Positions 34,234-45,840 of a stretch of 64,000 nucleotides of DNA are shown here, in pieces; position 1 is the stretch's first letter, and each line of letters opens with the position of its first letter. The translations under genes and the position numbers were made by a program. The notes under the pieces are model-generated. The model ran no database searches. It was given only the letters and a program-made list of their open reading frames with translations, and was not told the DNA's origin. This stretch comes from Squalus acanthias (taxonomy: Eukaryota), in the NCBI GenBank assembly GCA_030390025.1, contig CM059433.1:2914001-2978000 (forward strand), read 5' to 3'.

Positions 34234-34684
34234 AGAAAGAAAGACTTACATTTATATAGCGCCTTTCATGACCACCGGATGTCTCAAAGCGCTTTACAGC
34301 CAATGGAAGTGCAGTCACTGTTGTAATGTGGGAAACACAGCAGCCACTTTGCACACAGCAAGCTCCCACAAACAGCAATGTGATAATGACCAGATCATCT
34401 GTTTTTTTGGTTGAGGGATAAATATTGGCCAGGACAATATAACTCCCCTGCTCATCTTCAAAATAGTGCCATGGGATCTTTTACATCCACCTGAGAGAGC
34501 AGACCAGGCCTCGGTTTAATGTCTCACCCAAAAGATGGCACCGCCGACAGTGCAGCACTCCCTCAGCACCACACTGGAGTGTTAGCCTGGATTTTGTCCT
34601 CAAGTCGTATAGAGTGGGACTTGAACCCACAACTTTCTAACCTCAACAGGTAAGTGTGCTACCCACTGAGCCACGGCTGACACA
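34234..34684 (-). mobile_element. DeuSINE-type tRNA-derived SINE
   Basis: Minus-strand head GTGGCTCAGTGGG...GGGTTCAAGTCCC (A/B boxes), Deu-like core, AAAGGCGCTATATAAATG tail. Confidence 0.75.
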
Positions 34685-35858
34685 TTCTAGATCCTTGAAC
34701 TCTTAGATATTGTGCATTGGAGCTATGATCCACTGGGCCAGAACATCATCACACTTAAGGAAGTGTATCATTTAATTACTGTAGCAGGGCTAGTTTAGCT
34801 AACGTCATGCTGTGACTCATTGGCATTATGAATACTAGAAATGTATCAATAGAGTTTGATAGTAAAGCCTGATTATGTGGCACATTCGTCACTGCAGTTC
34901 CCCATTCGGTCCATCCCTGATTTCTATACACCATTTACTGTTGTATATAGAGCTATGATCACATCAGAAAAATCAATCTTAATTTCTGACCTGACTTTGA
35001 ACTTCTGCATACACATATAACTGCTGCGTAGAAAGATAATGGAAAAGATATTAAAATTCTTCTCCAGTCATTGATTATTTTTTAAGCAATATTTTATTTT
35101 TGCAGGGCTGCTTTATAAAATCAGGTTAAAACCAGCTTTAGTCGGCACAGTCAAATGTTTCTTTGACAATATTGAGTTTGAGAAAGTATTGTGCAATGAG
35201 TAACTCAATCCCCCACATAAGTATCCAATGCCAAGTAATGTGCAAGTAATCTGCAACTGTTAAACATGAAGCTAAATGCGAAGAGACAGGTATATGAGAG
35301 TAAACTGTGGATAATTGTAAAATTTCAAATTTCAAAATACGCCGCTTTAAATTGACGCCTTGTGATATCAAGTAGTTAGACTCAGTCAGTTGAAATGTCA
35401 TTTTGCTCGAAGTAACATCAAAGAGGGTCCAATTTGCAATTGCAGTCATTGTAAGAGGCGCCAGCCTTTGTGCAATGAATGCTGCTCCAATTGTGCTGAC
35501 ATTTAGGTGTTATTGTCCTTTCACACGAAGCTGGCAGCAATTGGATCCGACAGTGAGAATAAACCCTGCGAGTAGATGCAGCATCTCCAGGACCATTTTA
35601 CGGAGAAAAGGGGTTAGGCAAAAAATTGACTTTAATAAATTACATTATCAGATAAAAATTGAATAAGAATTGTTTTGGAAAAATGAGACTTGAGGGGAAA
35701 AAAAACCGTAAAGAAATGGCAGTAAGTAAACTCGACATCTGGGTTTTTTTCTATTACATATATAAAAGGTGTAAAATTTATTGTACAATTATAGTGCTAC
35801 CGTGAATCAAAGAAGAGAGATTTCTTTACATTTTAAAGTGAAGAGAAACCTTACCTTA

Positions 35859-36313
35859 AATAAAAACAGAAAATGCTGGAAACACTCAGCAGGTCAGGCA
35901 GCATCTGTGGAGAGAAAAACAGAGTCAACGTTTCAGGTCGATGACCCTTCGTCAGAACTGGAAAAAGTTGGAGATGGAACAGGTTTTTAAGCAAGTGTAG
36001 GGGCAGGGAGAGGGGGGAGGGGAGGAAAGAACAAAAGGGAAGGTCTGTGATAGGGCGGAAGGCAGGAGAGATTAAGAGACAAAAGGGATGATGGTGCGAG
36101 GCAAAAGGAGATGGTAATGGAACAAGTTAAGAAACGTAAGCACCTCATCTTTCGATTAGGCACTTTACAGCCTTCTGGACTCAACATTGAGTTCAACAAT
36201 TTCAGACCATAACCTCTGTTTCTCTCTCCATGATGGTGCTTGACTTGCTGAGTGTTTCCAGCCTTTTCTATTCTTATTTCAGATTTCCAGCATCCGCAGT
36301 ATTTTGCTTTTGC
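35859..36313. mobile_element. Penelope-like insertion with inverted terminal copy
   Basis: 15-bp TSD AGAAACCTTACCTTA (35844-35858 and 36314-36328). HLIFRLGTLQPSGLNIEFNNFRP* on +, inverted pseudo-LTR at the left. Confidence 0.82.
35920..35962 (-). ncRNA. Minimal type I hammerhead ribozyme (Penelope-associated)
   Basis: Minus strand reads CAGTT-CTGACGA-A-GGGTC-ATC-GACCT-GAAA-CGTT-GACT. Confidence 0.7.
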
Positions 36314-36819
36314 AGAAACCTTACCTTATTCAGCAAAGTGCCAAGCACTTCAGGTAAGTATGTATCACTGTTTGGCCATTTTCAGTGACAACACACCTAC
36401 TGGACAACTATGGAAAGGGGCATTGAGATACAGATTTTCAGCAGTGATGTCCTCATGCCAGACACTTTAGCATCATCTGTTTACCCTGCAAGCACAAAAA
36501 TGGGTGACCAGACCTCGGAGTGGAGAAAATGGACTTTTGGCACCGTATCGGGGCGTGCTTCTGCAGCAAGGTAAGGTAAATGTTGTCTTGTCATATTTCC
36601 TTACCTTTTTCTCTTTGAGGGCTTTTTGCCCTTCCCTAATTGTGTCTGGAATGGGATGAGATGGGCGTGACATCGGCTATGAACCTCTGTATGCTCCCCA
36701 TCAATAATGGTTAATGACTGAGGTGAGCTGAAATGCAAAGAGATTCATTTGAACAAGGTCAAATGATGGAGTCAAACAAAAATATAGCTTCGGACAAACA
36801 TAAAAACATTAGAACACAG

Positions 36820-37011
36820 GAACATAAGACGTAGGAGCAGGAGTCGGCCATTTGGCCCCTCGAGCCTGCTCCGCCATTCAATAAGATCATGGCCGATCTG
36901 ATCTTGGCCTCAACTCCACTTCCCTGCCCGCTCCCCATAACCCTTGACTCCCTTATCGTTCAAAAATCTGTCTATCTCCACTTTAAATATATTCAATGAC
37001 CCAGCCTCCAC
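36820..37011 (-). mobile_element. CR1 3' end fragment
   Basis: Matches the 3' UTR at 15137-15330. Confidence 0.8.
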
Positions 37012-37491
37012 ACTCAGCCCATCTTAACGCATCCACCCAGAAAGATATTAAAGCCCACTATCGTGCCAACCAACTGTTACCTAAATGACGCCAGGGTATT
37101 TGCCTTTGCTATTTTCCTTGGAAGACCATTCCATTTATTGCTCACTCTCTGTGTGATTCCATGTCAATTCAACCATTCAGTATGTATAAACCATCTCAGA
37201 TTTTGATACGTTGTTGAGTGTAGCAAATGTCATTCATAGGATAAATATTAATAGCCTATTGAATATCTTTCAAGTGGAACCCGAATAACATCACTAACAA
37301 CGACTATGCTGTCTATGTTTTAACTTTTGTCTCTCAATATCAATAGCTATTAAACCTTTCAGATGGAGAACCCCATCTTATATTTTCTATGTAAACAACT
37401 CTAAGCAAATTAATGGAATAAATATTCTGAGTAATCAAAAGTAGGATGGTGTACATTAGTAAATTGTGATTTGCATACACTTCTGGTTTGG

Positions 37492-38001
37492 GTGCCAGTC
37501 TTGACTCAGTGGGAGCACTCTCACCTCTGAGTCAGAAGGTTGTGGGTTCAAGCCCCACTCCAGAGACTGGAGCACAGACACACCCAGTGTAGTGCTGAGG
37601 GAGTGCTGCTCCGTCGGAGGTGCCGCCTTTCGAATGAAACGTTAAGCCGAGGCCCCATGTGCTCTCTCAGGTGGACGTAAAAAATCCCATGGCACTATTT
37701 CGAAGAAGAGTAGGAGAGTTATCCTGGCGTCCTGGTCAACATTTATACCTCAACCATCACCTAAAACAATCTGGGACCTTGCTGTGCGCAAATTGGTTTT
37801 CTTCGTTACAATAGTGACTAAACTTCAAAAGTGCTTCATTGTCTGTAAAGCGCTTTGGGGCATCCTGAGGGCATGAAAGGCGCTATAGAAATGCAAGTTC
37901 TTTCTTTCCTTCTCTCTCTCTTTCTCTCTCTCTTTCTTTCTTTCCATCTTTCTTTCTTTCCATCTTTCTTTCTTTCCATCTTTCTTTCTTTCTTTCTTTT
38001 C
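37492..38001 (+). mobile_element. DeuSINE-type SINE with (CTTT)n-like tail
   Basis: TGACTCAGTGGG / GGGTTCAAGCCCC head, Deu-like core, GGCGCTATAGAAATGCAAG, then a pyrimidine microsatellite 37898-38001. Confidence 0.75.
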
Positions 38002-38076
38002 TCACTATCATGTTCCATTGTGAGTCCCAAAGAGGATTGACAGCAATAGTACTGCCATACTGACACCAGATTCTTT

Positions 38077-38874
38077 GGCCGGAACTTTCAGAGGCAAGAG
38101 TGGGTGGGTTGGAGGCGTGGGGGCAAGTGAAAGTTGTAAAAATGTAAAACCCGACCCCAACCCCCTCCCACCCGCCCACTTTCACCTTTCACTCAGGTGG
38201 GTCGGGGAGGGAGGCAGTGCTGCCAGGAGGCGGGTTGGCAATTTAAATATTATAATGAGGCCTGAAGCCTCTACTTTAACCTGCTGTGCAGGATTTACTG
38301 CAGGCGGCCGGGGATCCCGGAGCTCGGGATTCCCGGTGGCTGCAATGAGGCGGCCTCAGCCTTGGGGAGCAATGCTTGTGGGCCGGGAGGAGCAGGAGTG
38401 CTTCGTGCCGGCCCCCCAAGCTCCCCCACCAGCAGCCTGTCCCTCCCCAGGGTTGGGGATCGGATTCCCCCCCACCCCCAGGCCTGGAACAACCCCCCCC
38501 CCCCCCCACCCCCGGATCACGACTCCAGCCCTGGGGTCGGGGATCGGACCCTCCTGGGGATCGATCTGACCCCCGCTCCGGGGTCGTGGGTCGTGGGTCG
38601 TACCTACCCCCTCACAGCTTGGAACCACTCCCCCCTCCTGAAGCATCCTGGGCCCAGCACTTACCTGGTCCTGTGGCCTCCTTCTCCGTGTTCCCCGCAC
38701 GACTGGAAGCCTGTCATTCAGGCTGACCTCCGGGCGGGATACTCGCCCTTCACGCCGCACGGGCGCAGTGGAGTTAAAACTTCACAGCGTGCCGGGAATC
38801 CCGAACATCCAGGTTTCCTGCCGTCTCCCGGGTCCCCCTGCACTGTACGGGTGGGACCCGGGAAAATCAGGCCC
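38077..38874. mobile_element. Harbinger-type MITE
   Basis: GGCCGGAACTTTC / GAAAATCAGGCCC ends with TTT flanks. The left part resembles 56598-56900. Confidence 0.55.
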
Positions 38875-38905
38875 TTTGCATTTATATCAATGAAAATAAA
38901 ACATT

Positions 38906-41815
38906 AAGCCAGAAAAATTCGGTATCGAAAATTTTGAAGCGCTAACATCGCCCGACCGCAAACTTCAGCGCCTTGAAACCGCGAAATTCAGTTTTAGCGC
39001 CCCAAGAGGGAAGTGGAGCGCTAAATCAAGCGCTACACACTTCAATTAGGGCGCTAATGTCGGGGAGCGAGGCGCTACCGCAGAGCGCAACACAAGCTCC
39101 AGCGCTGTCAATTACAAGTCCTCAGACAGACTGGCGCCTTCCAGTTCTTAAAGGGGAGGTTGAATCATGCTGCACAGCCTCACCCTGATCATTGCTGCTT
39201 GTGACCTGGGTCAGCAAGGAGCTGCAATCCATCAACCACAGATCTCATGGCTGATCAGAGGCCCAGGGAGAGAGCTCGCCGGTTCAGCGGCCAAACATTG
39301 GAGGCTCTGGTCGTGGCCGTGGAATGCCGATGGGCAGCGCTGTTTCCAGACACTGGCAGGAAGCCATTGCCGCAGGAGTTCAGAAGGATGTGGAGGGAGG
39401 TGGCCCAGTACATCTCCACCAGAGGGGTGGTCCACAGGACTCAGTGACCTCACTCGGGTGGCCAGGGTGAGTAGATGCTTCAAAAACCTCTACATCCCAC
39501 CATCTCAACTTCACTCTGTGCACAGACAGTGTAAACCGCCAAATCCCCAACACTCACCCACCAACTATGCCCATCGGCTAAAAGTCACATCCACATCTCA
39601 CACCTGGCATACATTAACAGCTGTTCAACTATGGTAGGCACATCTGCCAAACACATGGCTGGACATTCACTCACACGCTGCCCTCTTTCTTGCAGGCCAA
39701 GCTTGCTCATAACAGGAGGGAGCAGCAATGCACAGGAAGAGGTCAGGCGGAGCTGCAACCCCTTGCACAGCTGGAGGAGCGAGTTTGCAGCATCATTGAG
39801 GCCCAGGTCGTGGGTGCTGTGGCAGACGGAGACATCGACCCCTTGGGGACAACAACGGTATGTTCATCACCTCTCCCTCTTCTCTCATACCACTTCCCCT
39901 CACAACACAAGCCCTTCTCACTTTCCATCTAAGTATACTGTCTCCATTCCTTGCTCCATTCCTGCCCCCCTCCCCTGACATTAAACCCACTTTTGTGCCT
40001 TAATGCTTTCAGATAATCAGCCACCATCTGACCAGCCTGTCCCTCAGCCTCCCAGTGGCAGCGACGCGGGAGAGGAGGAGGAACACCAAGCCGGAGCCTC
40101 ACTGCCTGCGACTCCTGAGGGCGAGAGGTCCGATAATGGGGCCACGCGGTCACTGGAGGGGAGCAGAGGAAATGGCTCTGATGTGGGTGAAGCTCCGGGA
40201 CACAGTGGGCTGCAGCAACGCCATGGGGAAAGGGAAGCTCGGGGACCATCTCCCAGGGTCAGTGCACGCACGTGTTCTGCTGCACAGGACTCAGATGAGG
40301 ACCTCGATTTCGAGGCGATGACCACACAGGCGATGAGCATGCACACCGAGCTCATGGGTGCAATGGCAAGGGTGCCCGAGAGCATGGATGCACTGGCTAG
40401 GAGCGTGGAGGAATCCGCCTCCAGCATTGCTCTCATCTCTGTGCAAACCATCAAGCCCATCCTTGGCACTTTGCAGAGGATGGTTGACTTGCAGAGAGAC
40501 CGTGGGGACACAGACCTCATGCCACGTGTCATGGGTGAGGTGGAAGCAGCTATTGCTGCACAGGCCGAGGCAACGCAATGGTTTAGTGCTGTGATGGAGT
40601 CAGTGGTTGGTGGCATCCAATCTCAGCCTGCTCTCATGCAATCTCAGATTGATGCCACACCAGCGCTGACTGCTGCCATCGTCGCTGGGTCGCCCACTGT
40701 CAACTGGGGATCTCATGGTGTCGCAGCAGGCCAGCAATCTGTGCTCCAGCAGATTGCTCTGGATTCTGAGGTTCTGCCCCGGGAGTGGCAGTGCGTCGGT
40801 CGAGCAGGAAGGTGCTGTCCTCTCTCAGGATGACAGCATTCCTGCTCCCACCACTGCCACTCCGCCACTGCACTTGTCACAGCCTGTAACCCAGCCAGCC
40901 CAGACTGCTGCTGCCCATGCTGAGGTGGTGCAGTCTGCAGCCGGGCCCTCCAGGCCCAGAGCTGGTCGAGGGCGGCCTGCAAGGCCATCTGCTGTCTCTG
41001 GTCCCCAGACTCAGCAGCCTTCCACCAGCCTTGCTGCAGCCACTGGGGCCACATTACGGAGGAGCAGTAGGGTTGGCACGGGGAATTGCAAAGGGGAGGG
41101 AAATCATTGAGGAAGGCCCAGTAAATAAAATGTTAATAGCAAATGGGGGGAGCGTGTGTACAAAAGTTGATGTGTTTGTAAATATATTGTTCCGTTTGGT
41201 AAGAAATAGTTCTGTTTGCTAAGAACCAGTTGTGTTTGTTCATAAATTGTTGTGTTTGTTTATTATTGGTTGTGTTTGATTAGAGAGAGTTGTGCAGAAT
41301 AATAAATGTTTATTTCGACATAGCACATTTTGTAATGTTTCTCATTTGAGCTTTGCCCGGTGATGGGGGCTGTGAGCTGGCTGTAATGATGTGGTTGTTC
41401 TGCACAAACGCCATCTGCTCTCTCATTTATTGGAATTGCTGTGTAATGAGGCAATCACGAACCTTCCTTGCAGAAATCACATTGAGTGGCTCCCTCCTAC
41501 GTTGCTGCTGCTCCTCCTACTCTTCATCCTCTTCCTCCTTCTGTCCCTCTCCCTCTTCCTCCTCCTGAGGTGGTCCACCAATCCCTGGTGGCAATGGCTG
41601 GGCCCTCAGAATGGCCAGGTTGTGCAGCATGCAGCACAACGATGAAAATGGAGACTCGATCAGGGGAGTACTGCAGGGCTCCTCCAGAGCGGTCAAGGCA
41701 GCGGAACCGTTGCTTTAGCACGCCAATGGTCTGTTTGATCAGGTTCCTGGTGGTGCTATGGCTGTCATTTTATGTGTGCTGAGCAGGAGTGCTGGGGTTG
41801 CGGATGGGTGTCATC
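38906..41815. mobile_element. Harbinger family A, copy 2 (Myb gene +, transposase 3' remnant -)
   Basis: Reverse-complement homolog of about 17430-21005. LKQRFRCLDRSGGALQY on the minus strand. Confidence 0.88.
39247..41110 (+). pseudogene. Harbinger Myb/SANT-like gene, 3 exons (39247-39466, 39696-39857, 40013-about 41110), disrupted
   Basis: GT-AG introns (AGG|GTGAGT, TTGCAG|GCC, ACG|GTATGT, TTTCAG|ATA). Premature TGA in exon 1. Confidence 0.78.
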
Positions 41816-42381
41816 AAGACAGCCCGCCTCCTCTCCATGGCCACAGCCAGTGCCTCCAGAGCCGTATCAGAAAATCTCCGGGCTTTCTCCCTTTGAGGAC
41901 GCTCTGCCATGGCTTTGCAGTTCCTTCTTCTTCTTCTTCTTCTGGAAGCTGCAGTTCCAACTGGCTAGACAATGAGGTGCTGTAACATCAATGCACCTCC
42001 CCTTTAAGTAGTGGAAAAAGCCTGTGTCACCCATGACTGGGAATTAGACTGGCCCCGATATTGGTCCAGCTGTTGAGGGTTAAGCCAATGAGCGGCAGTT
42101 TTAGCGCTGAAATCAAGACTATAATCATGTTAATGAGGACTGGGCATGAATTTTGTGTGCTACCTAGACCATTTTGAGGTGGACAAAAATGAGAAGTCGC
42201 ACAACACCAGGTTATAGTCCAACAGATTAAATAAATCTGTTGGACTATAACCTGGTGTTGTGCGACTTCTCATTTTTGTCCACCCCAGTCCAACGCCGGC
42301 ATTTCCACATTTTGAGGTGGCGCAGCTTAACATCGTTAGGCCTTAACATTCCATTTCGTGGCTATATCAACTTTCTAGGCC
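41816..42381 (-). mobile_element. Harbinger family B Myb-side terminus
   Basis: Minus strand MAERPQREKARRFSDTALEALAV. Homologous to 58930-59363; ends TTTCTAGGCC. Confidence 0.7.
42178..42307. repeat. Perfect 51-bp inverted repeat insertion (Penelope-like terminus)
   Basis: Arms 42178-42228 and 42234-42284 with a 5-nt loop. 13-bp duplication CATTTTGAGGTGG at 42170-42182 and 42308-42320. Confidence 0.85.
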
Positions 42382-42894
42382 ACTAATTAATTTAAACTCC
42401 TGTCAAGCTCAGATTCTAGTGGTAAAAGAACAGTTTGCGAGCCCACAGCATCACTCAGTACTCCTGCCCTGTCCACAATCTTTTTTTCTGCCACCATCTT
42501 CAGCAACATCACAGCACCATGGGCCATATGACAGAACAGATAGCATGGAATCCCATTGAGATCCTTGACATGCCATATCCAAACCCTTCAAAACAAGGAA
42601 GGGATAAGACTGTAGACTTTGTTCATGAATTTTGTTACCAAGATTTATATCCTGCAGATTTTTAAGTTGCATCATAAAGTATCAATTTATCATTTGGGAA
42701 AGTTTTATCCTTCTCACATTTTTAACATTACAATACAGTTTAATAAGAATTATAATTGCAAACAGATGGGGCTGAAGTAATATACATTCAATCATTTCTG
42801 GAATGACACTTAAAACTAAACAACACATACATATATAAAGTATCATAAACATATGTTTCTTGAATTTGAGCTCTCCCTTTAACACCGTGCCAGA

Positions 42895-43568
42895 CAAGAA
42901 AGGGTCGGGCGGGGGGTTAAAATGGGACAGAGTACCGTTTCCTCCATTTGCGATGTGCCCTCCCTGCCACCATATTAACTTCTGGGTTTTCGCCAGCGTT
43001 GGGGACACCCAGTGCAGGCGTGTATGGGCCTCATTAATATGTTAAAGTCGGGTCCTATGATAGGACCCCGATGCGATTTTAACTCCCGATCGCGCAAGTC
43101 GTGCGCAGTGCCGGACCCACCAGTGAAACCTGGCGGCAAACAGGAGCTGGGCCAGAAGAGGCCCAGGAAGGGCGGTAATATTAATGTCTTCATGGTTTCC
43201 TTGTGGGCCACGAGGAGCAGGATTGCTTCTCTGAGCCCCACAAGGAAACCATGGGCCTTTCCTGCTCCAGACTTCCCTCTCTCTCTCTCCCTGACTCTGA
43301 TCCACCACTCCAAACCACCCCTCCCCCCCCCGATCACTTACCTTGGTGCCGGGGACCGTCCCTTCGTCTGAAATCCCGCTCCCGCCCCCTTGACCAGGTA
43401 GTGATTCCGGCTGGTTCGGGTGGATATTGGATCTCTACCTTGGAAATAAGGCCCGGGGGGGGGGTCATACTCTCTCCAGGCCTCAGCCGACGTTGTCATG
43501 TGAGGTTGCTGCTCTGACCCCACCCCCTCACACACCGCGCTCACGTCCCCGAGTTCAAATTGGAGCCC
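42895..43568. mobile_element. Harbinger-type MITE remnant
   Basis: GC-rich block ending GAGTTCAAATTGGAGCCC, similar to the end at about 311-327. Confidence 0.45.
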
Positions 43569-44354
43569 TGGTCTTTTTACATAAAATGAAATGACAGGGA
43601 ACTCGCTTTGAAAGCTATCCATACATACCCGCAATATCAACGTCCTTGCAATTGTTTGAGCACCAGGGTAAGGAATTGTTTTAGTATTTCTCGGGTTTTT
43701 TTTACACTAATTACTTGTCAATCTTCTCTCTGATGAGGTAAGTGTCTCACGCTCTTTGCTGGCAGTCATGTCATTTATGTGAAGATCCTTGTGTCGGTAT
43801 AAAAAAAGAAATAGTTTGCAAAGTTCAGCAAGTCTAACAGCTAATTTCCGGTGTTCTCGGACTGTAATATTTGCTGATAAGAATAGTCAAGAAGAATGAC
43901 TTTTCAGAGCGTCCTTCTTGAATTGATTCAATTTTTGCTGACAACCCGGTTGACAAACTAGTGTACCAAACTTGTCATACATATTCAACACAAGGTCGAA
44001 TTATTGCTATGTGGGCTTGCAGCATATCCCAGTGTAGAAATCCAGCATGCTTCAGTGTTGTCAGATAGTACACTCATCTGCTTGCTTTGCTATATATAGA
44101 GGTGACATTTATATCCCATTTAAGATCTATTGAGACCATTACTCCTAACAGGTATTGCAGCCTCAATTTTCTCACAGCTATATCACAAAGTAATAATATA
44201 TCAATGCCCACTGGTTTTGTTATTGTTTAAAAGAAACCAACATTTTATTAGCTGTGATGGGATCAGCTAATGCGTCACACAAAGCAGAGCTCTTGGTAAT
44301 TTCTCCAACATTTTGCTACAATCTATGGAAGTCTGTGTTCTAGTTTATATCTAA

Positions 44355-44790
44355 AAGAATGACACCAGGGCTTCACGGGTTAAATTATGGGTTGTGTAAA
44401 CTTGGCTTGCATTTCCTTCAGTTTAGAAGGCTGTGGGTGAGGTGCTTAAAATGATAAAAGGATTTGATCGAGTAGATACAGAGAAGCTGTTTCCTCTGAT
44501 GGGAAATCAAGAACAAGGGGGCACGACCTTAAAGTTAGAGCCAGGCCATTCAGGAGTGAAATCAGGAAGCACTTTTTCCACACAAAGGGTCGTGGAAATC
44601 TGGAACTCTCTTCCCCAAACCGCTGGGACAACTGAAACTTTCAAGACTGAGATCAACAGAGTTTTATTAGGCAAGAGTATCAAGGGATATGGGTCAAAGG
44701 CGGGTAAATGAAGTTAAGGTACAGTTCAGCCATGATCTAATTGAATGGTGGAACAGGCTCCAAGGACTGAATGGCCCACTGATGTTCCTC
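44355..44790 (+). mobile_element. Old CR1 3' fragment
   Basis: KGFDRVDTEKLFPL...TQRVVEIWNSLP...IKGYG followed by a CR1-type 3' UTR. Confidence 0.8.
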
Positions 44791-45840
44791 GGTAATTTTA
44801 ATTTAAGAATCAATCATTACAATTTGGGTCCTTGAGAAATGGAAGAACAGTGTTAGTTCATATTTTCTGCCAATACTTTTATCTTATGTTCATGGATAAA
44901 AGTTTGTTTCCATAAGCAAATAAATGAGTACATTCACCAGTCCTGCTCCCACTGAGGAGCTAAGTTTGAAGAGAACTCAGGGAGGAGATAGTTAAGACAC
45001 TGTAGCACCGATTCTCTAACTTGCACTACCTACAACCATGGCTCCCAGCTGGCAGTACTGGATTGGTGAATTTACCCTTCATTTTCCGAAAAACCCAAAG
45101 CAGCACCCTTATTCACGCCACATGTAATGTAGCATGTCCAGGATCAGCAATTGTCCCCTAATTGTTACAGCAACTGCTGGTGATCACATGGAAGACCCAC
45201 CATGTTCTCCTAAAAGGTAGAAAATGACACGCTGCTAGATCTTTGGATATAGGTCGAAACTAGATTTATTTACAGGTTGAATAATATATAGAATCAATGT
45301 GGCACAACAAGACACTGAAAATAATGTACAATAGTTGAAGACTATAAAAATTGAATCAATCCATACAAGTATTTCTTACACAGTTCATTCAGTGACAGGA
45401 CTTTCGGATGAAACAGTCTTTTGTAGGTTTTTATGATGAGATGTTGTGCGTGGGTGATACAGTTCCCAGTAGCACCATGGTATTTAGATCTCCAGTCAGA
45501 AATAAAGACATAAACACTCTACAGATTGTCACAGGAATTCTTTCATGTTACAACCAAACCTTTGAAACCAGCTGTCATACCTTGTAAGGTTGGTTATCAA
45601 TGCCCGGGTATTACTGCCTTCCTGTAAATTGCCTTGATGCTTCAGCAGTCAGATTTGTCTTTTCCACGGTCTGTGAGTTTGAGCACTCTGAACATTTCAA
45701 ATAGCTTGCTTGATGCTTGACAGTAACTGAAATCACAACTTTGTCTGATTGACATGAGTTGGAATTAACATACTCTCCTTCAGAGGACCGATAATTTAGT
45801 TTGGGTTCAGAGGCTGCTGGTCCATTGGTCCAGACACCAT

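Noticed and set aside
37492..37565. tRNA gene
   Set aside because: tRNA-derived SINE head that continues into SINE body; no proper acceptor stem or terminator.
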